A DNA stretch of 64,000 nucleotides from positions 12,600 to 76,599 of the forward strand of contig CACNXV010000003.1 in assembly GCA_902624575.1 (NCBI GenBank). The letters are read 5' to 3'. The position numbers were made by a program, and so were the translations under genes. The first letter of the stretch is position 1; each line of letters begins with the position of its first letter. A model generated the notes under the pieces. The model was not told the DNA's origin. It did not search any database and was given only the letters and a program-made list of their open reading frames with translations. The stretch is from an uncultured Fidelibacterota bacterium. GTDB taxonomy: Bacteria; Fidelibacterota; Marinisomatia; Marinisomatales; Marinisomataceae. Below, piece after piece: positions 44,684 through 55,260 of this stretch.

Positions 44684-45997
44684 ATGTTAATTAGAAGTGC
44701 ATCCGGTCTTAGAGGTATAGCGGAAGAACATTTTACCCCTGAATTAATTGATAAGTATATTTCAGCGTTTATTTCTACTCAAAATGTCAAGTCATGTGTT
44801 ATTGGTAGAGATGGTAGGCATTCAGGAAAACAAATTACCCAATGGGTTACCAATGCATTAAAGAAAAATGGAGTAAATGTTGATAATTGTGATCTTGCTA
44901 CCACACCAACTATGCAAATTATGACTGAAAAAGATAATTATGATGGTGGAATTGTAATTACAGCTAGTCATAATCCTTCTGAATATAACGGATTAAAGTT
45001 CCTTCAAAATGATGGAACATTTTTAAGTCCTGAGCAATGCGAAGATTTATTTAAAGCAGTTGATCAAAATATTTTATTAGATAGTGCAGATTTATTAGGG
45101 GTCGTAGAAGAATATAAATCAGCTAACGATGAACATATTCATAGGGTTTTAGCAGCAAAATGTATAGACGTTGAAAATATCCGTAAAAAGAAGTTTAAAG
45201 TTGTGATTGATGCTGTAAATGGAGCAGGATCGTTTATTTTACCAATGCTTTGCAAAGGTTTGGGTTGTGATGTAATTACAATAAATTGCGATGGAAATGG
45301 AAATTTTAATAGAGTACCGGAACCTCTTGCTGAAAACTTAGGTTCACTTGAGCAAAAAGTTTTGGAAGTTGGAGCAGATGTTGGATTTGCTACAGATCCA
45401 GATGGAGACAGGTTATCAGTTGTTTCTAATAAAGGTCAAGCAATAGGAGAAGAGTATTCTTTAGTTTTGGCTGTTAAAAATTTTATTAATTATCAAAAAA
45501 GTAACGTTGTCACAAATCTATCTACTTCTATGATGCTAAACAATATTGTAGCAGAAACCATAAGAACAAAGATTGGTGAAGCACATGTTGTACAACAAAT
45601 GAACAAATTAAATATCCCAATTGGTGGTGAAGGAAATGGTGGAGTAATTCTTAAAGAAGTGCATTTAGGAAGAGATTCGTTAGTTGCAGTTTCTATGATA
45701 TTAAGTCTTTTGTCGTCATCGAATAAATCAATAAGTGAAGAAATAAAGGAAATACCAAAATATATAATGATTAAAGATATGATTCGTGTTGATAGCAAAG
45801 TCGATTTTGATAGTCTTGAAAGTGTATTTGATTGTAACGAAATTAATAAGCTTGATGGAATAAAATTTATTTGGCCAGATAAGTGGATTCATATTAGAAA
45901 ATCTAATACAGAGCCAATAATAAGAATTTTTGCTGAAGCCTCAACATTAGAAGAAGTTGAAGATTTAATTAATACATTAAAGAATTATTTGAAATGA
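44684..45997 (+). CDS. Phosphohexose mutase (phosphoglucosamine mutase / phosphomannomutase family)
   Basis: Active-site TASHNPSEYNGLKF, metal loop DPDGDR, and GGEGNGG. Confidence 0.8.
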   Translation: MLIRSASGLRGIAEEHFTPELIDKYISAFISTQNVKSCVIGRDGRHSGKQITQWVTNALKKNGVNVDNCDLATTPTMQIMTEKDNYDGGIVITASHNPSEYNGLKFLQNDGTFLSPEQCEDLFKAVDQNILLDSADLLGVVEEYKSANDEHIHRVLAAKCIDVENIRKKKFKVVIDAVNGAGSFILPMLCKGLGCDVITINCDGNGNFNRVPEPLAENLGSLEQKVLEVGADVGFATDPDGDRLSVVSNKGQAIGEEYSLVLAVKNFINYQKSNVVTNLSTSMMLNNIVAETIRTKIGEAHVVQQMNKLNIPIGGEGNGGVILKEVHLGRDSLVAVSMILSLLSSSNKSISEEIKEIPKYIMIKDMIRVDSKVDFDSLESVFDCNEINKLDGIKFIWPDKWIHIRKSNTEPIIRIFAEASTLEEVEDLINTLKNYLK

Positions 45998-48618
45998 AGT
46001 TATTAGAAAAAAAACATAGCCCTTTAGATATTGAAAACAAATGGTATAGCCATTGGCTTGAAAAAAAATACTTTTCAAGTAAAGAGTCTGATAATCATTA
46101 TACTATTGTAATTCCACCACCTAACGTTACAGGAAAGCTTCATATGGGGCACGTATTGAACAATACCATTCAAGATATTTTAATAAGAAAAGCTAGAATG
46201 GAAGGAAAAAATGCATGCTGGATTCCTGGAACAGATCATGCTTCAATTGCTACTGAATCAAAAGTAACCAAGATGCTTGAAGAGCAAGGAATTAATAAAA
46301 AAGACTTAAGTAGAGAAGAATTTTTAAAGCATGCTTGGGAATGGAAAGAAGAATATGGTGGAACCATCATAAACCAACTACAAAAATTAGGATGTTCATG
46401 TGATTGGGATAAAACTAGCTTTACCATGGATGAGGACTATTCTAAAGCTGTTTTAGAATCTTTTGTTAAACTATATAACAAGGGATTGATTTATAAGGGA
46501 AGCAAGCTCGTAAACTGGTGTCCAAAATCGCAGACGGCTTTAAGTGATGAAGAAGTTATGTTTAAAGAAGTAAACGGAAATCTATGGTACATAAAATATG
46601 CTGTCAATGATTCTGATAAATTTATAGAGATTGCAACAACCAGACCCGAAACCATGTTAGGTGATACAGCAATAGCAGTAAATCCTAATGATTCAAGATA
46701 TAAAGAATTGATTGGTAAGACAGCATTATTACCACTAGTTGGAAGGAGCATTCCTATTATTGCTGATGATATGGTTGATCCAGAATTCGGAACAGGATGT
46801 GTAAAAATTACACCTGCACATGATTTAAATGATTATGAAGTGGGAATAAAACATAATCTTGAAATGATTAATATTATGAATGCAGATAGTTCTATTAGTG
46901 AAAAAGCTCCAGAAAAGTATAGGGGTATGTCAAGAGAGGTGGCTAGAAAACAAATAGTTTCTGATTTAAAAGAAATTAATCATCTTGTAAAGGAAGAGAA
47001 TTACCTCCATAAGGTTGGATATTCCGAAAGGGGTAATGTACCAATTGAATACTATTTATCTGAACAGTGGTTTTTAAAGATGGAAGATTTAGCTAAGCCA
47101 GCAATCAGTGCAGTTCAAAATAACGAAATTAATTTTTATCCAAATCATTGGGTAAAAACTTATAATCATTGGATGGACAATATTCAAGATTGGTGTATAA
47201 GTAGACAACTATATTGGGGACACCAAATCCCAGTTTGGTATAAAAAAGATTCTGATAGATCTAACTCTGATAACTGGCACGTTTCTATTCAACCTCCGAA
47301 AGATATAGATAATTGGGAGCAGGATAATGATGTTTTAGATACTTGGTTTAGTTCTTGGCTTTGGCCTTTTGCGGTTCATGGATGGCCGAATATAAAGACC
47401 ACAAAATATTTTCCAACAAATGCACTTGTAACTGGTCCAGATATAATTTTTTTCTGGGTAGCAAGAATGATTATGTCTGGTTATGAATTTATGGGAGATT
47501 TACCATTTAGAGATGTTTATTTCACTAGCATACTTAGAGATAACAAAGGCAGAAAACTAAGTAAGTCATTAGGAAATTCTCCAGACCCAATTACACTTTT
47601 TGAAAAATACGGAACAGATGCCACTAGATTTTCTATTATGTTAATGTCTCCACAGGGATCTGATGTATACTTTTCAGAGTCAGGAATTGAAGTTGGAAGA
47701 AATTTTATGACAAAGATTTGGAATGCAAGTAGATTTATAATGCTAAATCATGATGAAGATTTTGCAGATGAGATTGATTCAGATAAACTAGATAATTTTG
47801 ATAAATGGATTTTAAGCTCATTAGAAAATACCATTATTGATGTAAACAAATCTTTCGAAAAATATCAATTTAATGAGGCAATAAAAAAAATATATGATTT
47901 CACATGGAATGAATTTTGTAATTGGTATGTGGAGATAGTAAAAAAACGATTTAGAGATGATGAACTTCAAACTCGAAGTAATGCTTTTAATATTTCAAAG
48001 CATGTTATTAAAAAAGTTTTATTGTTACTTCATCCTATTGCACCTTTTATTTCGGAAGAGATTTGGAATCATTTAAAAAGTGAGGATGAGAAAGATATAA
48101 TAATTTCTCCATGGCCAAACCAAGTAGAAAATAGTTTTGAATACAATAGAGATGAAGTATCTGACTTAAAAGAAATAGTAACGTCAATTAGAACTATTCG
48201 TTCAGAATTAAATGTACCTCCTTCAAAAAAAATTAATGTTATTGCTTCAGCAAAAATTGAATCAACCAAAGCAGAATTAAACCCAATAATCGATATCATT
48301 AAATCTTTATCAAATACTGAAAATTTTCATCTTGATGTTAAGCAGGAAAAACCAGAAGACGCTGCTGTTAGTGTTTGCAGAACAGTAGAGCTATATATTC
48401 CGTTAGGTGAATTAGTAGATAAATCAGAAGAACTGACTAAGCTTAATAAGAGATTAGAAGAATTGAATAAAATTATCTCTTCAATTGAAAATAAATTATC
48501 AAATAAGAATTTTATGAGTAAAGCACCTAAAAATATAGTTGATGGTGAAAAAAACAAACTAAATGATTTTGTTATTGAAAGAACAAAAATTATTTCTAAT
48601 ATTGAGGTATTAAAATGA
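45994..48618 (+). CDS. valS: Valyl-tRNA synthetase
   Basis: Motifs PPPNVTGKLHMGH and KLSKSLGN. Has the C-terminal coiled coil. 874 aa. Confidence 0.93.
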   Translation: MKLLEKKHSPLDIENKWYSHWLEKKYFSSKESDNHYTIVIPPPNVTGKLHMGHVLNNTIQDILIRKARMEGKNACWIPGTDHASIATESKVTKMLEEQGINKKDLSREEFLKHAWEWKEEYGGTIINQLQKLGCSCDWDKTSFTMDEDYSKAVLESFVKLYNKGLIYKGSKLVNWCPKSQTALSDEEVMFKEVNGNLWYIKYAVNDSDKFIEIATTRPETMLGDTAIAVNPNDSRYKELIGKTALLPLVGRSIPIIADDMVDPEFGTGCVKITPAHDLNDYEVGIKHNLEMINIMNADSSISEKAPEKYRGMSREVARKQIVSDLKEINHLVKEENYLHKVGYSERGNVPIEYYLSEQWFLKMEDLAKPAISAVQNNEINFYPNHWVKTYNHWMDNIQDWCISRQLYWGHQIPVWYKKDSDRSNSDNWHVSIQPPKDIDNWEQDNDVLDTWFSSWLWPFAVHGWPNIKTTKYFPTNALVTGPDIIFFWVARMIMSGYEFMGDLPFRDVYFTSILRDNKGRKLSKSLGNSPDPITLFEKYGTDATRFSIMLMSPQGSDVYFSESGIEVGRNFMTKIWNASRFIMLNHDEDFADEIDSDKLDNFDKWILSSLENTIIDVNKSFEKYQFNEAIKKIYDFTWNEFCNWYVEIVKKRFRDDELQTRSNAFNISKHVIKKVLLLLHPIAPFISEEIWNHLKSEDEKDIIISPWPNQVENSFEYNRDEVSDLKEIVTSIRTIRSELNVPPSKKINVIASAKIESTKAELNPIIDIIKSLSNTENFHLDVKQEKPEDAAVSVCRTVELYIPLGELVDKSEELTKLNKRLEELNKIISSIENKLSNKNFMSKAPKNIVDGEKNKLNDFVIERTKIISNIEVLK

Positions 48619-49952
48619 AAAAAATAATTTTACTACTTTTTGCTGTCAGTATTGTCTTTACACAAACAAGCAAACAATCAAGATCTATAACTATTTATAA
48701 GGATAGTTTTGCAATAGTAAATGAACCAATCCTTTGGAATCTTAAAGCTGGGAAAAATGTAGCTACATTTACTAATTTATCACAAAATCTTCTTTTTGAT
48801 TCTCCAAAATTAAATATTGATGGAGTTTCTATTTTATCTCAAACATTGAACAAAAATTTTAAATCTTCTGATAGTTTTTTAAAAAATAACATTGGAATGC
48901 CTATTGAAGTTAAACCTAATGAAGGCTCACTAATTCAAGGAATTTTGATGGATGTTAATGGTAATTCAATTTCAGTCAAGACTAATAAAGGTCTAACAGT
49001 TATACATAGATCTCAAGCCAGTTTTTTTACTTTAAAATCTTCGTCAGTCCAAGACAAATTTTCTCCCGAACTTGTTTGGGAGTTAGATTCAGAAATTGAA
49101 AAATCAGTTGAAGCAGATTTGACATACATTACTTCTGGATTTTTATGGAAGCCAGTATACACACTTATAGTTGATGATTCAGATACAACAGCAACAATTT
49201 CTGTTAATGCTGAAGTAACAAATAACTCAAACGTTAATTTAGTCAATATAGATTTGAGTGTTGTTGAAGGAAATGTTCCTTTAACATCTTCATCAACTTC
49301 GAATTCAATGCGTAATACCTCTATGGTAAGAGATATGTCAGCAATGAATAACGCAAGTAGCTTAGGTGACTTTTATATTTTCAATCTTGGTTCAAATTTG
49401 AACCTTGAAGCAATGCAAACGGTTCAATTACCTCTAATGCTTGAAAGAGAAATTATCTACGATAAAAAATATATTTTTGAAAACTCAGAAAGAGACCAAG
49501 GTGATGAGCCATTAGAGATAGAAATATCATTTGAAAATACAAAGCAAAATAACCTTGAATTGCCATTACCATCTGGTACCATTTATTTGTACGAAAGCAA
49601 TGATCAAAGCAATATGAGTTTTATTGGTAGAAATAATCTATCACAGATGTATAAAGGTGGTATAGCTACATTGGATGGCGGAAAAGCATTTGATATAATA
49701 GGTAAAAGAAGAATTTTAAATTTTGATAGACAAAATAAAAGTGAAGAATCAACAATATCCTTACAAATTTTAAATACTTCTGATAAATCTATTAAAGTAA
49801 AAGCTATCGAAAAAATAATTGGAGATTGGGTCATTAAAGAGTCATCATCAATGTATATTAAAGAAGATGCATCAACTATTTATTTCCCTTTAGAAATTGA
49901 AGCTGGATCTTCAGAGCTTATCACATATACTTACAGAAAAGAATGGAAGTAA
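48615..49952 (+). CDS. Secreted hypothetical protein (DUF4139-like by recollection)
   Basis: Signal peptide and beta-rich composition. ATGA overlap with valS. The family call is tentative. Confidence 0.4.
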   Translation: MKKIILLLFAVSIVFTQTSKQSRSITIYKDSFAIVNEPILWNLKAGKNVATFTNLSQNLLFDSPKLNIDGVSILSQTLNKNFKSSDSFLKNNIGMPIEVKPNEGSLIQGILMDVNGNSISVKTNKGLTVIHRSQASFFTLKSSSVQDKFSPELVWELDSEIEKSVEADLTYITSGFLWKPVYTLIVDDSDTTATISVNAEVTNNSNVNLVNIDLSVVEGNVPLTSSSTSNSMRNTSMVRDMSAMNNASSLGDFYIFNLGSNLNLEAMQTVQLPLMLEREIIYDKKYIFENSERDQGDEPLEIEISFENTKQNNLELPLPSGTIYLYESNDQSNMSFIGRNNLSQMYKGGIATLDGGKAFDIIGKRRILNFDRQNKSEESTISLQILNTSDKSIKVKAIEKIIGDWVIKESSSMYIKEDASTIYFPLEIEAGSSELITYTYRKEWK

Positions 49953-49958
49953 TGTCAT

Positions 49959-52058
49959 TTGAGCAACCTTTCTTCTCAATCTAATTCGTTAGAAACTGAA
50001 ATTCAGTTTATTAAAGGTGTCGGACCAAAAAGAGCGCACGCATTAGAGTCATTAAATATATTCACTATAAAGGATTTAGTTTATTATTTCCCTCGAAAAT
50101 ATTTAGATAGAACATCGTTATCATTAATTGGTGATATAACAGAAAATCAAGAAGTAAACCTGGTTGGAAGAGTAAAATCTGTAAGTCTTAAAAGAATGAA
50201 AAAAGGTAATTTTGTTACATCAACTCTAGCTGATCATACAGGATCTGTAAGATTGATGTGGTTTAACGCAGCTGATTATATTCATCAGTCATTAAAAGTA
50301 GGAGATTTGCTAACTGTACATGGTAAAGTTGCAGCGTATAAAGGCAATCCACAAATTGTCCATCCAGAATATGATAAATTAAATGCGAACGAAATATCAT
50401 TAACAACGGGCTTTATTATACCGGTATATCCATTAACAGACGAACTAAAAAAATCTGGTCTTGATAATCGTAACCTTAGAAAAATAATTTATCTAGCTCT
50501 AGAATCTTTAAATAAAGTAAAAGATCACTTTAGCGATAGTCAAAGAAAAGATTATGAAATTGAAAGCTTAAATTATTCGTTAAGAAATATTCATTACCCA
50601 AAAAATTTCAAGTCATTAGAAGAATCAATCCACAGATTGAAATTTGATGAACATTTTTTCTTACAAATGCTTTTAGCTAAAAGAAAACAACAGATTAAAG
50701 AAAACAAGTGTGAGCCTATAGAGTTTAAAACAAGCTCTTATAATAAAATAATTGATAATCTAAATTTTGAATTAACGGGTAGCCAAAAATTAACTATGAG
50801 AGAAATTGTAGATGATTTCTTATCACAAAATCCAATGAATAGAATGATTCAGGGCGATGTGGGTTGTGGAAAGACAATCGTTTCAATTTTGTCCGCTGCA
50901 ATTGTAGTAGACAATAATTATCAGGTCGCAATTATGGCTCCTACCGATTTATTAGCGAAACAATTATATAAAAATTTTAAAACACATTTTGATAAAATAA
51001 AAATTCAATGCTCACTTTTAACTGGCAGTATAAAAAGTCAAGAAAGAAAAACTGTTTTAGAGTCTATTAGTTCGGGCAAAACTAAAATTATAATTGGAAC
51101 ACACGCCTTGTTTCAAAAGGAAGTCCAATATAAAAATCTTGGATTTATTGTTATTGATGAGCAACATAGATTTGGTGTAAAGCAAAGGCAAAAATTGTTA
51201 TCAAAATCGGTTAATCCAAATTTAATGGCTATGACCGCAACTCCAATTCCACGAACATTAGCAATTACATATAATGGAGATATGGATATATCAATAATTG
51301 ACGAACTTCCTAAAAATAGACCAGAAATTCACACCTCCTTTATTGAAAAAGATAATCTATCCACAGCTTACAATTTTATCCGAGATCAGATCAAAGAAGG
51401 AGGACAAACTATCATTGTTTATCCTGTAATTTCGGAAAGTGAAAAGCATGATTTATCGGCTGCTGAAGAATCATACAATTATTTAAGAGAAACTATTTTC
51501 CCAGATCAAAATATTGGATTAGTACATGGAAAGCTTGATGATGAAGATAAAAATGATGCTATGAAAGAATTTATGAATGGTAAGACTAATATTTTAGTTT
51601 CAACAACCGTAGTAGAAGTTGGTATTGATAATCCAAGCGCAAATGTGATTTTAATAAACAATTGTGAAAGATTTGGATTAAGTCAAATGCATCAACTTCG
51701 TGGAAGAGTTGGAAGGGGAACCTTAGAAAGCTATTGTTTATTACACAGTGATAGCGATTCAACAAATACCAAAGATAGATTGAATATACTTGTTAATTCA
51801 AGAAATGGTTTTGAAATAGCTGATGAAGACCTAAAGATTAGAGGGCCAGGAGAATTTTTTGGCGAAAGGCAAAGTGGTTTTATAAGATTTAAAATTGCAG
51901 ACCTAATAACAGATGGACCAATAATAAGACTTGCTCGTACTAAAGCTTTTGAAATTATTAATATTGATGCGAATTTAAGCCTTGATAAAAATATTTTAAT
52001 TAAAGAAAAATTTGATAATGAATATTTGAATCTTTTTTTAAAAACAACAGTTAATTAA
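49959..52058 (+). CDS. recG: ATP-dependent DNA helicase RecG
   Basis: Wedge/OB N-terminus. Helicase motifs GDVGCGKT, DEQHRFGV, TATPIPRT and QLRGRVGRG. TTG start. Confidence 0.9.
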   Translation: MSNLSSQSNSLETEIQFIKGVGPKRAHALESLNIFTIKDLVYYFPRKYLDRTSLSLIGDITENQEVNLVGRVKSVSLKRMKKGNFVTSTLADHTGSVRLMWFNAADYIHQSLKVGDLLTVHGKVAAYKGNPQIVHPEYDKLNANEISLTTGFIIPVYPLTDELKKSGLDNRNLRKIIYLALESLNKVKDHFSDSQRKDYEIESLNYSLRNIHYPKNFKSLEESIHRLKFDEHFFLQMLLAKRKQQIKENKCEPIEFKTSSYNKIIDNLNFELTGSQKLTMREIVDDFLSQNPMNRMIQGDVGCGKTIVSILSAAIVVDNNYQVAIMAPTDLLAKQLYKNFKTHFDKIKIQCSLLTGSIKSQERKTVLESISSGKTKIIIGTHALFQKEVQYKNLGFIVIDEQHRFGVKQRQKLLSKSVNPNLMAMTATPIPRTLAITYNGDMDISIIDELPKNRPEIHTSFIEKDNLSTAYNFIRDQIKEGGQTIIVYPVISESEKHDLSAAEESYNYLRETIFPDQNIGLVHGKLDDEDKNDAMKEFMNGKTNILVSTTVVEVGIDNPSANVILINNCERFGLSQMHQLRGRVGRGTLESYCLLHSDSDSTNTKDRLNILVNSRNGFEIADEDLKIRGPGEFFGERQSGFIRFKIADLITDGPIIRLARTKAFEIINIDANLSLDKNILIKEKFDNEYLNLFLKTTVN

Positions 52059-52067
52059 GGAAAAAAA

Positions 52068-52379
52068 ATGAAAGAAAAACCAACTGAAAAGCAATTATTT
52101 GATGCTTTGATTTCTCAAACCGCTTATGGTATTTGGGTTTCTTTAGGAAAACTTCAAAATCCGGTAAATGGCGAAACTTCCGTTGATCTTCAACAAGCAT
52201 CAATTCAAATTGATATGTTAGATATGATAAATAATAAGATGCATGCAAGCTTATCAGATGAAGAAAGAGAATACATTGATAAAGTTTTATCAGAAGCAAA
52301 AATGAATTATCTCGAAGTAGAAAAAAATGAAGCTACAAAAGATGATAAGAAAGAAGTTGAAGAAAAATTAGAAGAGTAA
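52068..52379 (+). CDS. DUF1844-family small acidic protein
   Basis: The LFDALISQTAYGIWVSLGKLQNPVNGETSVDLQQASIQIDMLDMI pattern is typical of DUF1844. Confidence 0.6.
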   Translation: MKEKPTEKQLFDALISQTAYGIWVSLGKLQNPVNGETSVDLQQASIQIDMLDMINNKMHASLSDEEREYIDKVLSEAKMNYLEVEKNEATKDDKKEVEEKLEE

Positions 52380-52380
52380 A

Positions 52381-55260
52381 TTGAAATTCTTTAAAAACTT
52401 AAATCTATCTGTTGAAAAATTAATTAGCACTTTACTATTTATTATAACTTTTGCTATTTATTTCTCAACTATGGCACCAACTGTATCTTTTTGGGATACT
52501 GGAGAGTTCATTGCCACTTCACATATTTTAGGAATTCCTCATCCTCCTGGAAGCCCTTTATATTTACTAGTTGGAAAATTTTTTAGTTTAATTCCAATCA
52601 GTTCTGATATTGCATACAGAGTTAACATATTTTCCCCATTAATAAGTGCAGCTACAATCAGTTTACTATTCTTAATTTGCAATCAATTTTTAGATAGAGT
52701 TGATACAGAAAGTAAAAATAAAGTATTTAAAATGTATGCATCATCAATTGCTTCCTTGACTTTTGCTTTCACTCATAGTCACTGGTTTAATGCAGTAGAA
52801 ACAGAAGTTTATGCTTTCAGTGGTTTTTTAACTGCCCTCGTTGTTTACTTAACGATGAAATGGTCTAAAGAGCATAAAAATAGCTACCATTTAATTTATT
52901 TGATTTTCATTTCATATCTTATTGGTTTAGCAACAGGTTTACATCTCTTAAATCTTTTAACTATTCCTTTTATTGGTTTAGTCATTTACTTCACATTTAA
53001 AAAGCTAAATACTAAAAACTTTCTAATAACTGTAATATTGTCTCTTGCTACTTTTTTCGGTGTTCAAAACTTAATTATTAAAGGTATTCCACTGATAGCT
53101 CAAAATATTGGGATTTTTGGTTTACTTTTTTTCATTTCAGTAGTAATTGCGTTTAATATTTATTTTATTAGAAGAAAAAATATCCTTTTAACTGCCATAA
53201 TGAGCTCTATTATTTTAATTATGATTGGCTACTCTACGTATTTTTCAATCTTTATTAGATCAGGTCAAAATCCAAATATAGATGAAAATAATCCTGAAAC
53301 TGTCGAAGAAGCTATTTCATATTTAAATAGAGATCAGTATGGCAAGATGACATTATTACCTAGAAAATTTGATAACATTCCCTCAAAAATGACAATTGTT
53401 GGTAAGCCTGAAATAGATAATAGGACGTTTTCATCGAAACAAGATTTCGAATATATGTTACATGATATTCCTAAACAACTCACGTTCTTTTGGAATTATC
53501 AGATAAAAAAAATGTATGTTAGATATTTTCTATGGCAGTTTGCAGGAAAAGGAGATAGTAGTGACCCATTCGTCGCATCCGTTGGTGCAAATGATTATCA
53601 AGACGGCGTCGACTGGAGACAATTTGGTTTACCTATAGCATTGATAATTGGATTTATCGGTTTCTTTTATCATTTTAGAAAAAATAAATATGATGCTTTT
53701 TCATTATTAGTTTTATTTCTAATGACAGGTTTGGCAATTATATTTTATTTAAATCAAGACTCTCCTCAACCTAGAGAAAGAGATTATTCTTACGTAGCCA
53801 GTTTTATGACCTTCTCCATTTGGATTTCTTTAGGTATTTACGGATCTATTAATTTCATCTGCGATAAGTTTTTAGAAAAATCTATCAAGATAAAAGCTAC
53901 AAATTTTATGCTAATTTTATTTCTACTATTTATGCCTACTAGAATGTTATTAGCAAACTACGATACACATGATAGAACAGGAAATTATATCGCATGGGAC
54001 ATGGCCTATAATATGCTTCAAACATGTGAACCAAATGCAATATTATTTACAAATGGAGATAATGATACTTTTCCTTTATGGTATTTACAAGAGGTTGAAA
54101 AAATTCGTACTGATGTTGTTGTTGCAAATCTTAGTCTTTTAAATACCCCATGGTATATTGAGCAATTAAAATCAAGATATAAAGATAAACCATTCATTAA
54201 AATGAATGAAAATGAAATAACAAATCTTGATTTTAAACGATGGGAAACAAAAGAAGTATCTATCAATGCCCCAAGAGATGAGAATAATCAAAGTGGTAAA
54301 ATTGAATGGAGCTTAAAACCAACTTACATGGATATTGCGCTTAGAATACAGGACCTAATGGTTCTAAAAATAATTAACGATAATAATTGGGATAGGCCTA
54401 TTTATTTTGCAGTAACTGTTTCCCCAGTAAGTATGTTAAGTCTAGATGAGTATCTTAGAATGGATGGACTAGCTTACAAGTTAGTTAATAACAAGAACGA
54501 AATAGTTAATAAAAAAATAATTTCAAAAAATTTACTAGAGTTTATTGGTAAACCTTCATGGTTCACAGATTATGATTCAAATAAAAATATAATCGTAGAA
54601 AAAGATATTTCAAAAGAATACCAAAGTGGATATCTCTACAGAAATTTATCTAATAAAGAAGTATATATAGAGCCGCAAATTGGGAGATTGATCCAAAATT
54701 ATAGAACAGGATTTGCAAGACTCTCAATCTCGTATTATTTAGATGAAGATCTAGAAAATTCTGAAAAAGTATTACTCGAAATGGAAAATATAATGCCAAG
54801 TAGCATTATTCCATTTCCATCAAAAGATTTACAATATCAAATAGCTCAAGTTTATAATGGCGTTGGAAACAAAGAAAAAATGAAATATCACATGAAAGAA
54901 TTAATTGAAAGAAAAGACCTCAAGCTTGATGATTATATTTTATATGGAAAAACATTCATTCAGAGTTTAGAAGAATATGAGGAATCAGAATTGATTTTTG
55001 AGACTATTTATAATAATTACAATATCATCGAAAACTCTATTAAAAGAAGAGGATATACATCTACTAAAATATCTCCTTCTGAGTGGAATAACTGGCAAGA
55101 AAGTTTAGCAGAAATAGTTTTTTTGCTTTACATAAGCTATAAAGAACAAAAAAAGTATGAAAAAGCTGAAGCTTTATTAAGTGATTGGATTGAAAAAAAT
55201 CCCAAAGATGAAAATGCTTTAAAAATGCTTGAAGAAATAATCGAATTAAAAAATAAATGA
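52381..55260 (+). CDS. DUF2723/TMEM260-like polytopic membrane protein (GT-C-fold glycosyltransferase candidate) with a C-terminal TPR-like region
   Basis: The first loop has the motif MAPTVSFWDTGEFIATSHILGIPHPPGSPLY. About 11 or more TM segments, a large soluble C-terminal part with helical repeats. TTG start. 959 aa. Confidence 0.7.
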   Translation: MKFFKNLNLSVEKLISTLLFIITFAIYFSTMAPTVSFWDTGEFIATSHILGIPHPPGSPLYLLVGKFFSLIPISSDIAYRVNIFSPLISAATISLLFLICNQFLDRVDTESKNKVFKMYASSIASLTFAFTHSHWFNAVETEVYAFSGFLTALVVYLTMKWSKEHKNSYHLIYLIFISYLIGLATGLHLLNLLTIPFIGLVIYFTFKKLNTKNFLITVILSLATFFGVQNLIIKGIPLIAQNIGIFGLLFFISVVIAFNIYFIRRKNILLTAIMSSIILIMIGYSTYFSIFIRSGQNPNIDENNPETVEEAISYLNRDQYGKMTLLPRKFDNIPSKMTIVGKPEIDNRTFSSKQDFEYMLHDIPKQLTFFWNYQIKKMYVRYFLWQFAGKGDSSDPFVASVGANDYQDGVDWRQFGLPIALIIGFIGFFYHFRKNKYDAFSLLVLFLMTGLAIIFYLNQDSPQPRERDYSYVASFMTFSIWISLGIYGSINFICDKFLEKSIKIKATNFMLILFLLFMPTRMLLANYDTHDRTGNYIAWDMAYNMLQTCEPNAILFTNGDNDTFPLWYLQEVEKIRTDVVVANLSLLNTPWYIEQLKSRYKDKPFIKMNENEITNLDFKRWETKEVSINAPRDENNQSGKIEWSLKPTYMDIALRIQDLMVLKIINDNNWDRPIYFAVTVSPVSMLSLDEYLRMDGLAYKLVNNKNEIVNKKIISKNLLEFIGKPSWFTDYDSNKNIIVEKDISKEYQSGYLYRNLSNKEVYIEPQIGRLIQNYRTGFARLSISYYLDEDLENSEKVLLEMENIMPSSIIPFPSKDLQYQIAQVYNGVGNKEKMKYHMKELIERKDLKLDDYILYGKTFIQSLEEYEESELIFETIYNNYNIIENSIKRRGYTSTKISPSEWNNWQESLAEIVFLLYISYKEQKKYEKAEALLSDWIEKNPKDENALKMLEEIIELKNK